Source: Auanema rhodensis (lineage: Eukaryota > Animalia > Nematoda). From it: 64,000 nucleotides of DNA. How positions within the stretch are numbered: the stretch's first letter is position 1; the number at the start of each line of letters is the position of its first letter. The stretch spans positions 558,001 through 622,000 of the forward strand of contig CAXKVF010000077.1 in the NCBI GenBank assembly GCA_964057225.1, read 5' to 3'. Positions 41,371-56,700 of this stretch are shown here, one piece after another. Below the pieces are notes generated by a model. It was not told where the DNA came from. It did no database searches and worked only from the letters and a program-made list of their open reading frames with translations. The position numbers were made by a program, and so were the translations under genes.

Positions 41371-43043
41371 CAATAAAAATTTGTTTTTAGACTAATATGG
41401 ACATGGGGAATCTAATTTTGAAAACCGCATCTCTGCATCTTTCACGTGAAGCGAGTTACATACCAAGTGCACATCACGTGTACATTTAATTAGCATAAAT
41501 TAAAGTTCACGTAAATTTCAAAGTCATGGTTACCATGCACCAATATCAATAAAAATTTGTTTTTAGACTAATATGGACATGGGGAATCTAATTTTGAAAA
41601 CCGCATCTCTTTTTCTTTCACGTGAAGCGAGTTACATACCAAGTGCACATCACGTGTACATTTAATTAGCATAAATTAAAGTTCACGTAAATTTCAAAGT
41701 CATGGTTACCATGCACCAATATCAATAAAAATTTGTTTTTAGACTAATATGGACATGGGGAATCTAATTTTGAAAACCGCATCTCTTTATCTTTCACGTG
41801 AAGCGAGTTACATACCAAGTGCACATCACGTGTACAATTAATTAGCATAAATTAAAGTTCACGTAAATTTCAAAGTCATGGTTACCATGAAGCAATATCA
41901 ATAAAAATTTGTTTCTAGACTAATATGGACATGGGGAATCTAATTTTGAAAACCGCATCTCTTTATCTTTCACGTGAAGCGAGTTACATACCAAGTGAAC
42001 ATCACGTGTACATTTAATTAGCATAAATTAAAGTTCACGTAAATTTCAAAGTCATGGTTACCATGCACCAATAACAATAAAAATTTGTTTTTAGACTAAT
42101 ATGGACATGGGGAATCTAATTTTGAAAACCGCATCTCTTTTTCTTTCACGTGAAGCGAGTTACATACCAAGTGCACATCACGTGTACATTTAATTAGCAT
42201 AAATTAAAGTTCACGTAAATTTCAAAGTCATGGTTACCATGCACCAATATCAATAAAAATTTGTTTTTAGACTAATATGGACATGGGGAATCTAATTTTG
42301 AAAACCGCATCTCTTTATCTTTCACGTGAAGCGAGTTACATACCAAGTGCACATCACGTGTACAATTAATTAGCATAAATTAAAGTTCACGTAAATTTCA
42401 AAGTCATGGTTACCATGAAGCAATATCAATAAAAATTTGTTTCTAGACTAATATGGACATGGGGAATCTAATTTTGAAAACCGCATCTCTTTATCTTTCA
42501 CGTGAAGCGAGTTACATACCAAGTGAACATCACGTGTACATTTAATTAGCATAAATTAAAGTTCACGTAAATTTCAAAGTCATGGTTACCATGAAGCAAT
42601 ATCAATAAAAATTTGTTTTTAGACTAATATGGACATGGGGAATCTAATTTTGAAAACCACATCTCTTTATCTTTCACGTGAAGCGAGTTACATACCAAGT
42701 GCACATCACGTGTACATTTAATTAGCATAAATTAAAGTTCACGTAAATTTCAAAGTCATGGTTACCATGCACCAATATCAATAAAAATTTGTTTTTAGAC
42801 TAATATGGACATGGGGAATCTAATTTTGAAAACCGCATCTCTTTATCTTTCACGTGAAGCGAGTTACATACCAAGTGCACATCACGTGTACAATTAATTA
42901 GCATAAATTAAAGTTCACGTAAATTTCAAAGTCATGGTTACCATGAAGCAATATCAATAAAAATTTGTTTCTAGACTAATATGGACATGGGGAATCTAAT
43001 TTTGAAAACTGCATCTCTTTATCTTTCACGTGAAGCGAGTTAC

Positions 43044-46000
43044 ATACCAAGTGAACATCACGTGTACATTTAATTAGCATAAATTAAAGTTCACGTAAAT
43101 TTCAAAGTCATGGTTACCATGAAGCAATATCAATAAAAATTTGTTTTTAGACTAATATGGACATGGGGAATCTAATTTTGAAAACCACATCTCTTTATCT
43201 TTCACGTGAAGCGAGTTACATACCAAGTGCACATCACGTGTACATTTAATTAGCATAAATTAAAGTTCACGTAAATTTCAAAGTCATGGTTACCATGAAC
43301 CAATATCAATAAAAATTTGTTTTTAGACTAATATGGACATGGGGAATCTAATTTTGAAAACCGCATCTCTTTATCTTTCACGTGAAGCGAGTTACATACC
43401 AAGTGCACATCACGTGTACATTTAATTAGCATAAATTAAAGTTCACGTAAATTTCAAAGTCATGGTTACCATGAACTAATATCAATAAAAATTTGTTTTT
43501 AGACTAATATGGACATGGGGAATCTAATTTTGAAAACCGCATCTCTTTATCTTTCACGTGAAGCGAGTTACATACCAAGTGCACATCACGTGTACATTTA
43601 ATTAGCATAAATTAAAGTTCACGTAAATTTCAAAGTCATGGTTACCATGAACCAATATCAATAAAAATTTGTTTTTAGACTAATATGGACATGGGGAATC
43701 TAATTTTGAAAACCGCATCTCTTTATCTTTCACGTGAAGCGAGTTACATACCAAGTGCACATCACGTGTACATTTAATTAGCATAAATTAAAGTTCACGT
43801 AAATTTCAAAGTCATGGTTACCATGAACTAATATCAATAAAAATTTGTTTTTAGACTAATATGGACATGGGGAATCTAATTTTGAAAACCGCATCTCTTT
43901 ATCTTTCACGTGAAGCGAGTTACATACCAAGTGCACATCACGTGTACATTTAATTAGCATAAATTAAAGTTCACGTAAATTTCAAAGTCATGGTTACCAT
44001 GAACCAATATTAATAAAAATTTGTTTTTAGACTAATATGGACATGGGGAATCTAATTTTGAAAATCACATCTCTTTATCTTTCACGTGAAGCGAGTTACA
44101 TACCAAGTGCACATCACGTGTACATTTAATTAGCATAAATTAAAGTTCACGTAAATTTCAAAGTCATGGTTACCATGAACCAATATCAATAAAAATTTGT
44201 TTTTAGACTAATATGGACATGGGGAATCTAATTTTGAAAACCGCATCTCTTTATCTTTCACGTGAAGCGAGTTACATACCAAGTGCACATCACGTGTACA
44301 TTTAATTAGCATAAATTAAAGTTCACGTAAATTTCAAAGTCATGGTTACCATGAACTAATATCAATAAAAATTTGTTTTTAGACTAATATGGACATGGGG
44401 AATCTAATTTTGAAAACCGCATCTCTTTATCTTTCACGTGAAGCGAGTTACATACCAAGTGCACATCACGTGTACATTTAATTAGCATAAATTAAAGTTC
44501 ACGTAAATTTCAAAGTCATGGTTACCATGAACCAATATTAATAAAAATTTGTTTTTAGACTAATATGGACATGGGGAATCTAATTTTGAAAACCACATCT
44601 CTTTATCTTTCACGTGAAGCGAGTTACATACCAAGTGCACATCACGTGTACATTTAATTAGCATAAATTAAAGTTCACGTAAATTTCAAAGTCATGGTTA
44701 CCATGAACCAATATCAATAAAAATTTGTTTTTAGACTAATATGGACATGGGGAATCTAATTTTGAAAACCGCATCTCTGCATCTTTCACGTGAAGCGAGT
44801 TACATACCAAGTGCACATCACGTGTACATTTAATTAGCATAAATTAAAGTTCACGTAAATTTCAAAGTCATGGTTACCATGCACCAATATCAATAAAAAT
44901 TTGTTTTTAGACTAATATGGACATGGGGAATCTAATTTTGAAAACCGCATCTCTTTTTCTTTCACGTGAAGCGAGTTACATACCAAGTGCACATCACGTG
45001 TACATTTAATTAGCATAAATTAAAGTTCACGTAAATTTCAAAGTCATGGTTACCATGCACCAATATCAATAAAAATTTGTTTTTAGACTAATATGGACAT
45101 GGGGAATCTAATTTTGAAAACCGCATCTCTTTATCTTTCACGTGAAGCGAGTTACATACCAAGTGAACATCACGTGTACATTTAATTAGCATAAATTAAA
45201 GTTCACGTAAATTTCAAAGTCATGGTTACCATGAAGCAATATCAATAAAAATTTGTTTTTAGACTAATATGGACATGGGGAATCTAATTTTGAAAACCAC
45301 ATCTCTTTATCTTTCACGTGAAGCGAGTTACATACCAAGTGCACATCACGTGTACATTTAATTAGCATAAATTAAAGTTCACGTAAATTTCAAAGTCATG
45401 GTTATCATGAACCAATATCAATAAAAATTTGTTTTTAGACTAATATGGACATGGGGAATCTAATTTTGAAAACCGCATCTCTTTATCTTTCACGTGAAGC
45501 GAGTTACATACCAAGTGCACATCACGTGTACATTTAATTAGCATAAATTAAAGTTCACGTAAATTTCAAAGTCATGGTTACCATGAACTAATATCAATAA
45601 AAATTTGTTTTTAGACTAATATGGACATGGGGAATCTAATTTTGAAAACCGCATCTCTTTATCTTTCACGTGAAGCGAGTTACATACCAAGTGCACATCA
45701 CGTGTACATTTAATTAGCATAAATTAAAGTTCACGTAAATTTCAAAGTCATGGTTACCATGAACCAATATCAATAAAAATTTGTTTTTAGACTAATATGG
45801 ACATGGGGAATCTAATTTTGAAAACCGCATCTCTTTATCTTTCACGTGAAGCGAGTTACATACCAAGTGCACATCACGTGTACATTTAATTAGCATAAAT
45901 TAAAGTTCACGTAAATTTCAAAGTCATGGTTACCATGAACTAATATCAATAAAAATTTGTTTTTAGACTAATATGGACATGGGGAATCTAATTTTGAAAA

Positions 46001-46739
46001 CCGCATCTCTTTATCTTTCACGTGAAGCGAGTTACATACCAAGTGCACATCACGTGTACATTTAATTAGCATAAATTAAAGTTCACGTAAATTTCAAAGT
46101 CATGGTTACCATGAACCAATATTAATAAAAAATTGTTTTTAGACTAATATGGACATGGGGAATCTAATTTTGAAAATCACATCTCTTTATCTTTCACGTG
46201 AAGCGAGTTACATACCAAGTGCACATCACGTGTACATTTAATTAGCATAAATTAAAGTTCACGTAAATTTCAAAGTCATGGTTACCATGAACCAATATCA
46301 ATAAAAATTTGTTTTTAGACTAATATGGACATGGGGAATCTAATTTTGAAAACCGCATCTCTTTATCTTTCACGTGAAGCGAGTTACATACCAAGTGCAC
46401 ATCACGTGTACATTTAATTAGCATAAATTAAAGTTCACGTAAATTTCAAAGTCATGGTTACCATGAACTAATATCAATAAAAATTTGTTTTTAGACTAAT
46501 ATGGACATGGGGAATCTAATTTTGAAAACCGCATCTCTTTATCTTTCACGTGAAGCGAGTTACATACCAAGTGCACATCACGTGTACATTTAATTAGCAT
46601 AAATTAAAGTTCACGTAAATTTCAAAGTCATGGTTACCATGAACCAATATTAATAAAAATTTGTTTTTAGACTAATATGGACATGGGGAATCTAATTTTG
46701 AAAACCGCATCTCTTTATCTTTCACGTGAAGCGAGTTAC
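43044..46739. repeat. About 9-monomer block repeated at a 12-monomer (2112-bp) offset
   Basis: C11A at 43054/45166, C88T at 44011/46123 and 44539/46651, C142T+G144A at 44065/46177. Confidence 0.8.
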
Positions 46740-49700
46740 ATACCAAGTGCACATCACGTGTACAATTAATTAGCATAAATTAAAGTTCACGTAAATTTCA
46801 AAGTCATGGTTACCATGAACTAATATCAATAAAAATTTGTTTTTAGACTAATATGGACATGGGGAATCTAATTTTGAAAACCGCATCTCTTTATCTTTCA
46901 CGTGAAGCGAGTTACATACCAAGTGCACATCACGTGTACATTTAATTAGCATAAATTAAAGTTCACGTAAATTTCAAAGTCATGGTTACCATGAACCAAT
47001 ATCAATAAAAATTTGTTTTTAGACTAATATGGACATGGGGAATCTAATTTTGAAAACCGCATCTCTTTATCTTTCACGTGAAGCGAGTTACATACCAAGT
47101 GCACATCACGTGTACATTTAATTAGCATAAATTAAAGTTCACGTAAATTTCAAAGTCATGGTTACCATGAACCAATATCAATAAAAATTTGTTTTTAGAC
47201 TAATATGGACATGGGGAATCTAATTTTGAAAACCACATCTCTTTATCTTTCACGTGAAGCGAGTTACATACCAAGTGCACATCACGTGTACATTTAATTA
47301 GCATAAATTAAAGTTCACGTAAATTTCAAAGTCATGGTTACCATGAACCAATATCAATAAAAATTTGTTTTTAGACTAATATGGACATGGGGAATCTAAT
47401 TTTGAAAACCGCATCTCTTTATCTTTCACGTGAAGCGAGTTACATACCAAGTGCACATCACGTGTACATTTAATTAGCATAAATTAAAGTTCACGTAAAT
47501 TTCAAAGTCATGGTTACCATGAACTAATATCAATAAAAATTTGTTTTTAGACTAATATGGACATGGGGAATCTAATTTTGAAAACCGCATCTCTTTATCT
47601 TTCACGTGAAGCGAGTTACATACCAAGTGCACATCACGTGTACATTTAATTAGCATAAATTAAAGTTCACGTAAATTTCAAAGTCATGGTTACCATGAAC
47701 CAATATCAATAAAAATTTGTTTTTAGACTAATATGGACATGGGGAATCTAATTTTGAAAACCGCATCTCTTTATCTTTCACGTGAAGCGAGTTACATACC
47801 AAGTGCACATCACGTGTACATTTAATTAGCATAAATTAAAGTTCACGTAAATTTCAAAGTCATGGTTACCATGAACCAATATCAATAAAAATTTGTTTTT
47901 AGACTAATATGGACATGGGGAATCTAATTTTGAAAACCGCATCTCTGCATCTTTCACGTGAAGCGAGTTACATACCAAGTGCACATCACGTGTACATTTA
48001 ATTAGCATAAATTAAAGTTCACGTAAATTTCAAAGTCATGGTTACCATGCACCAATATCAATAAAAATTTGTTTTTAGACTAATATGGACATGGGGAATC
48101 TAATTTTGAAAACCGCATCTCTTTTTCTTTCACGTGAAGCGAGTTACATACCAAGTGCACATCACGTGTACATTTAATTAGCATAAATTAAAGTTCACGT
48201 AAATTTCAAAGTCATGGTTACCATGCACCAATATCAATAAAAATTTGTTTTTAGACTAATATGGACATGGGGAATCTAATTTTGAAAACCGCATCTCTTT
48301 ATCTTTCACGTGAAGCGAGTTACATACCAAGTGCACATCACGTGTACAATTAATTAGCATAAATTAAAGTTCACGTAAATTTCAAAGTCATGGTTACCAT
48401 GAAGCAATATCAATAAAAATTTGTTTCTAGACTAATATGGACATGGGGAATCTAATTTTGAAAACCGCATCTCTTTATCTTTCACGTGAAGCGAGTTACA
48501 TACCAAGTGAACATCACGTGTACATTTAATTAGCATAAATTAAAGTTCACGTAAATTTCAAAGTCATGGTTACCATGAAGCAATATCAATAAAAATTTGT
48601 TTTTAGACTAATATGGACATGGGGAATCTAATTTTGAAAACCACATCTCTTTATCTTTCACGTGAAGCGAGTTACATACCAAGTGCACATCACGTGTACA
48701 TTTAATTAGCATAAATTAAAGTTCACGTAAATTTCAAAGTCATGGTTACCATGAACCAATATCAATAAAAATTTGTTTTTAGACTAATATGGACATGGGG
48801 AATCTAATTTTGAAAACCGCATCTCTTTATCTTTCACGTGAAGCGAGTTACATACCAAGTGCACATCACGTGTACATTTAATTAGCATAAATTAAAGTTC
48901 ACGTAAATTTCAAAGTCATGGTTACCATGAACTAATATCAATAAAAATTTGTTTTTAGACTAATATGGACATGGGGAATCTAATTTTGAAAACCGCATCT
49001 CTTTATCTTTCACGTGAAGCGAGTTACATACCAAGTGCACATCACGTGTACATTTAATTAGCATAAATTAAAGTTCACGTAAATTTCAAAGTCATGGTTA
49101 CCATGAACCAATATCAATAAAAATTTGTTTTTAGACTAATATGGACATGGGGAATCTAATTTTGAAAACCGCATCTCTTTTTCTTTCACGTGAAGCGAGT
49201 TACATACCAAGTGCACATCACGTGTACATTTAATTAGCATAAATTAAAGTTCACGTAAATTTCAAAGTCATGGTTACCATGCACCAATATCAATAAAAAT
49301 TTGTTTTTAGACTAATATGGACATGGGGAATCTAATTTTGAAAACCGCATCTCTTTATCTTTCACGTGAAGCGAGTTACATACCAAGTGCACATCACGTG
49401 TACAATTAATTAGCATAAATTAAAGTTCACGTAAATTTCAAAGTCATGGTTACCATGAAGCAATATCAATAAAAATTTGTTTCTAGACTAATATGGACAT
49501 GGGGAATCTAATTTTGAAAACCGCATCTCTTTATCTTTCACGTGAAGCGAGTTACATACCAAGTGAACATCACGTGTACATTTAATTAGCATAAATTAAA
49601 GTTCACGTAAATTTCAAAGTCATGGTTACCATGAAGCAATATCAATAAAAATTTGTTTTTAGACTAATATGGACATGGGGAATCTAATTTTGAAAACCAC

Positions 49701-52700
49701 ATCTCTTTATCTTTCACGTGAAGCGAGTTACATACCAAGTGCACATCACGTGTACATTTAATTAGCATAAATTAAAGTTCACGTAAATTTCAAAGTCATG
49801 GTTACCATGAACCAATATCAATAAAAATTTGTTTTTGGACTAATATGGACATGGGGAATCTAATTTTGAAAACCGCATCTCTTTATCTTTCACGTGAAGC
49901 GAGTTACATACCAAGTGCACATCACGTGTACATTTAATTAGCATAAATTAAAGTTCACGTAAATTTCAAAGTCATGGTTACCATGAACTAATATCAATAA
50001 AAATTTGTTTTTAGACTAATATGGACATGGGGAATCTAATTTTGAAAACCGCATCTCTTTATCTTTCACGTGAAGCGAGTTACATACCAAGTGCACATCA
50101 CGTGTACATTTAATTAGCATAAATTAAAGTTCACGTAAATTTCAAAGTCATGGTTACCATGAACCAATATCAATAAAAATTTGTTTTTAGACTAATATGG
50201 ACATGGGGAATCTAATTTTGAAAACCGCATCTCTTTATCTTTCACGTGAAGCGAGTTACATACCAAGTGCACATCACGTGTACATTTAATTAGCATAAAT
50301 TAAAGTTCACGTAAATTTCAAAGTCATGGTTACCATGAAGCAATATCAATAAAAATTTGTTTCTAGACTAATATGGACATGGGGAATCTAATTTTGAAAA
50401 CCGCATCTCTTTATCTTTCACGTGAAGCGAGTTACATACCAAGTGAACATCACGTGTACATTTAATTAGCATAAATTAAAGTTCACGTAAATTTCAAAGT
50501 CATGGTTACCATGAAGCAATATCAATAAAAATTTGTTTTTAGACTAATATGGACATGGGGAATCTAATTTTGAAAACCACATCTCTTTATCTTTCACGTG
50601 AAGCGAGTTACATACCAAGTGCACATCACGTGTACATTTAATTAGCATAAATTAAAGTTCACGTAAATTTCAAAGTCATGGTTACCATGAACCAATATCA
50701 ATAAAAATTTGTTTTTAGACTAATATGGACATGGGGAATCTAATTTTGAAAACCGCATCTCTTTATCTTTCACGTGAAGCGAGTTACATACCAAGTGCAC
50801 ATCACGTGTACATTTAATTAGCATAAATTAAAGTTCACGTAAATTTCAAAGTCATGGTTACCATGAACTAATATCAATAAAAATTTGTTTTTAGACTAAT
50901 ATGGACATGGGGAATCTAATTTTGAAAACCGCATCTCTTTATCTTTCACGTGAAGCGAGTTACATACCAAGTGCACATCACGTGTACATTTAATTAGCAT
51001 AAATTAAAGTTCACGTAAATTTCAAAGTCATGGTTACCATGAACCAATATCAATAAAAATTTGTTTTTAGACTAATATGGACATGGGGAATCTAATTTTG
51101 AAAACCGCATCTCTTTATCTTTCACGTGAAGCGAGTTACATACCAAGTGCACATCACGTGTACATTTAATTAGCATAAATTAAAGTTCACGTAAATTTCA
51201 AAGTCATGGTTACCATGCACCAATATCAATAAAAATTTGTTTTTAGACTAATATGGACATGGGGAATCTAATTTTGAAAACCGCATCTCTTTTTCTTTCA
51301 CGTGAAGCGAGTTACATACCAAGTGCACATCACGTGTACATTTAATTAGCATAAATTAAAGTTCACGTAAATTTCAAAGTCATGGTTACCATGCACCAAT
51401 ATCAATAAAAATTTGTTTTTAGACTAATATGGACATGGGGAATCTAATTTTGAAAACCGCATCTCTTTATCTTTCACGTGAAGCGAGTTACATACCAAGT
51501 GCACATCACGTGTACAATTAATTAGCATAAATTAAAGTTCACGTAAATTTCAAAGTCATGGTTACCATGAAGCAATATCAATAAAAATTTGTTTCTAGAC
51601 TAATATGGACATGGGGAATCTAATTTTGAAAACCGCATCTCTTTATCTTTCACGTGAAGCGAGTTACATACCAAGTGAACATCACGTGTACATTTAATTA
51701 GCATAAATTAAAGTTCACGTAAATTTCAAAGTCATGGTTACCATGAAGCAATATCAATAAAAATTTGTTTTTAGACTAATATGGACATGGGGAATCTAAT
51801 TTTGAAAACCACATCTCTTTATCTTTCACGTGAAGCGAGTTACATACCAAGTGCACATCACGTGTACATTTAATTAGCATAAATTAAAGTTCACGTAAAT
51901 TTCAAAGTCATGGTTACCATGAACCAATATCAATAAAAATTTGTTTTTAGACTAATATGGACATGGGGAATCTAATTTTGAAAACCGCATCTCTTTATCT
52001 TTCACGTGAAGCGAGTTACATACCAAGTGCACATCACGTGTACATTTAATTAGCATAAATTAAAGTTCACGTAAATTTCAAAGTCATGGTTACCATGAAC
52101 TAATATCAATAAAAATTTGTTTTTAGACTAATATGGACATGGGGAATCTAATTTTGAAAACCGCATCTCTTTATCTTTCACGTGAAGCGAGTTACATACC
52201 AAGTGCACATCACGTGTACATTTAATTAGCATAAATTAAAGTTCACGTAAATTTCAAAGTCATGGTTACCATGAACCAATATCAATAAAAATTTGTTTTT
52301 AGACTAATATGGACATGGGGAATCTAATTTTGAAAACCGCATCTCTTTATCTTTCACGTGAAGCGAGTTACATACCAAGTGCACATCACGTGTACATTTA
52401 ATTAGCATAAATTAAAGTTCACGTAAATTTCAAAGTCATGGTTACCATGAAGCAATATCAATAAAAATTTGTTTCTAGACTAATATGGACATGGGGAATC
52501 TAATTTTGAAAACCGCATCTCTTTTTCTTTCACGTGAAGCGAGTTACATACCAAGTGCACATCACGTGTACATTTAATTAGCATAAATTAAAGTTCACGT
52601 AAATTTCAAAGTCATGGTTACCATGCACCAATATCAATAAAAATTTGTTTTTAGACTAATATGGACATGGGGAATCTAATTTTGAAAACCGCATCTCTTT

Positions 52701-53779
52701 ATCTTTCACGTGAAGCGAGTTACATACCAAGTGCACATCACGTGTACAATTAATTAGCATAAATTAAAGTTCACGTAAATTTCAAAGTCATGGTTACCAT
52801 GAAGCAATATCAATAAAAATTTGTTTCTAGACTAATATGGACATGGGGAATCTAATTTTGAAAACCGCATCTCTTTATCTTTCACGTGAAGCGAGTTACA
52901 TACCAAGTGAACATCACGTGTACATTTAATTAGCATAAATTAAAGTTCACGTAAATTTCAAAGTCATGGTTACCATGAAGCAATATCAATAAAAATTTGT
53001 TTTTAGACTAATATGGACATGGGGAATCTAATTTTGAAAACCACATCTCTTTATCTTTCACGTGAAGCGAGTTACATACCAAGTGCACATCACGTGTACA
53101 TTTAATTAGCATAAATTAAAGTTCACGTAAATTTCAAAGTCATGGTTACCATGAACCAATATCAATAAAAATTTGTTTTTAGACTAATATGGACATGGGA
53201 AATCTAATTTTGAAAACCGCATCTCTTTATCTTTCACGTGAAGCGAGTTACATACCAAGTGCACATCACGTGTACATTTAATTAGCATAAATTAAAGTTC
53301 ACGTAAATTTCAAAGTCATGGTTACCATGAACTAATATCAATAAAAATTTGTTTTTAGACTAATATGGACATGGGGAATCTAATTTTGAAAACCGCATCT
53401 CTTTATCTTTCACGTGAAGTGAGTTACATACCAAGTGCACATCACGTGTACATTTAATTAGCATAAATTAAAGTTCACGTAAATTTCAAAGTCATGGTTA
53501 CCATGAACCAATATCAATAAAAATTTGTTTTTAGACTAATATGGACATGGGGAATCTAATTTTGAAAACCGCATCTCTTTATCTTTCACGTGAAGCGAGT
53601 TACATACCAAGTGCACATCACGTGTACATTTAATTAGCATAAATTAAAGTTCACGTAAATTTCAAAGTCATGGTTACCATGAAGCAATATCAATAAAAAT
53701 TTGTTTCTAGACTAATATGGACATGTGGAATCTAATTTTGAAAACCGCATCTCTTTATCTTTCACGTGAAGCGAGTTAC

Positions 53780-56700
53780 ATACCAAGTGAACATCACGTG
53801 TACATTTAATTAGCATAAATTAAAGTTCACGTAAATTTCAAAGTCATGGTTACCATGAAGCAATATCAATAAAAATTTGTTTCTAGACTAATATGGACAT
53901 GGGGAATCTAATTTTGAAAACCGCATCTCTTTATCTTTCACGTGAAGCGAGTTACATACCAAGTGAACATCACGTGTACATTTAATTAGCATAAATTAAA
54001 GTTCACGTAAATTTCAAAGTCATGGTTACCATGAAGCAATATCAATAAAAATTTGTTTTTAGACTAATATGGACATGGGGAATCTAATTTTGAAAACCAC
54101 ATCTCTTTATCTTTCACGTGAAGCGAGTTACATACCAAGTGCACATCACGTGTACATTTAATTAGCATAAATTAAAGTTCACGTAAATTTCAAAGTCATG
54201 GTTACCATGAACCAATATCAATAAAAATTTGTTTTTAGACTAATATGGACATGGGGAATCTAATTTTGAAAACCGCATCTCTTTATCTTTCACGTGAAGC
54301 GAGTTACATACCAAGTGCACATCACGTGTACATTTAATTAGCATAAATTAAAGTTCACGTAAATTTCAAAGTCATGGTTACCATGAACTAATATCAATAA
54401 AAATTTGTTTTTAGACTAATATGGACATGGGGAATCTAATTTTGAAAACCGCATCTCTTTATCTTTCACGTGAAGCGAGTTACATACCAAGTGCACATCA
54501 CGTGTACATTTAATTAGCATAAATTAAAGTTCACGTAAATTTCAAAGTCATGGTTACCATGAACCAATATCAATAAAAATTTGTTTTTAGACTAATATGG
54601 ACATGGGGAATCTAATTTTGAAAACCGCATCTCTTTATCTTTCACGTGAAGCGAGTTACATACCAAGTGCACATCACGTGTACATTTAATTAGCATAAAT
54701 TAAAGTTCACGTAAATTTCAAAGTCATGGTTACCATGAACCAATATCAATAAAAATTTGTTTTTAGACTAATATGGACATGGGGAATCTAATTTTGAAAA
54801 CCGCATCTCTTTATCTTTCACGTGAAGCGAGTTACATACCAAGTGCACATCACGTGTACATTTAATTAGCATAAATTAAAGTTCACGTAAATTTCAAAGT
54901 CATGGTTACCATGAACCAATATCAATAAAAATTTGTTTTTAGACTAATATGGACATGGGGAATCTAATTTTGAAAACCGCATCTCTTTATTTTTCACGTG
55001 AAGCGAGTTACATACCAAGTGCACATCACGTGTACATTTAATTAGCATAAATTAAAGTTCACGTAAATTTCAAAGTCATGGTTACCATGCACCAATATCA
55101 ATAAAAATTTGTTTTTAGACTAATATGGACATGGGAAATCTAATTTTGAAAACCGCATCTCTTTATCTTTCACGTGAAGCGAGTTACATACCAAGTGCAC
55201 ATCACGTGTACATTTAATTAGCATAAATTAAAGTTCACGTAAATTTCAAAGTCATGGTTACCATGAAGCAATATCAATAAAAATTTGTTTCTAGACTAAT
55301 ATGGACATGGGGAATCTAATTTTGAAAACCGCATCTCTTTTTCTTTCACGTGAAGCGAGTTACATACCAAGTGCACATCACGTGTACATTTAATTAGCAT
55401 AAATTAAAGTTCACGTAAATTTCAAAGTCATGGTTACCATGCACCAATATCAATAAAAATTTGTTTTTAGACTAATATGGACATGGGGAATCTAATTTTG
55501 AAAACCGCATCTTTTTATCTTTCACGTGAAGCGAGTTACATACCAAGTGCACATCACGTGTACAATTAATTAGCATAAATTAAAGTTCACGTAAATTTCA
55601 AAGTCATGGTTACCATGAAGCAATATCAATAAAAATTTGTTTCTAGACTAATATGGACATGGGGAATCTAATTTTGAAAACCGCATCTCTTTATCTTTCA
55701 CGTGAAGCGAGTTACATACCAAGTGAACATCACGTGTACATTTAATTAGCATAAATTAAAGTTCACGTAAATTTCAAAGTCATGGTTACCATGAAGCAAT
55801 ATCAATAAAAATTTGTTTCTAGACTAATATGGACATGGGGAATCTAATTTTGAAAACCGCATCTCTTTATCTTTCACGTGAAGCGAGTTACATACCAAGT
55901 GAACATCACGTGTACATTTAATTAGCATAAATTAAAGTTCACGTAAATTTCAAAGTCATGGTTACCATGAAGCAATATCAATAAAAATTTGTTTTTAGAC
56001 TAATATGGACATGGGGAATCTAATTTTGAAAACCAAATCTCTTTATCTTTCACGTGAAGCGAGTTACATACCAAGTGCACATCACGTGTACATTTAATTA
56101 GCATAAATTAAAGTTCACGTAAATTTCAAAGTCATGGTTACCATGAACCAATATCAATAAAAATTTGTTTTTAGACTAATATGGACATGGGGAATCTAAT
56201 TTTGAAAACCGCATCTCTTTATCTTTCACGTGAAGCGAGTTACATACCAAGTGCACATCACGTGTACATTTAATTAGCATAAATTAAAGTTCACGTAAAT
56301 TTCAAAGTCATGGTTACCATGAACTAATATCAATAAAAATTTGTTTTTAGACTAATATGGACATGGGGAATCTAATTTTGAAAACCGCATCTCTTTATCT
56401 TTCACGTGAAGCGAGTTACATACCAAGTGCACATCACGTGTACATTTAATTAGCATAAATTAAAGTTCACGTAAATTTCAAAGTCATGGTTACCATGAAC
56501 CAATATCAATAAAAATTTGTTTTTAGACTAATATGGACATGGGGAATCTAATTTTGAAAACCGCATCTCTTTATCTTTCACGTGAAGCGAGTTACATACC
56601 AAGTGCACATCACGTGTACATTTAATTAGCATAAATTAAAGTTCACGTAAATTTCAAAGTCATGGTTACCATGAACCAATATCAATAAAAATTTGTTTTT

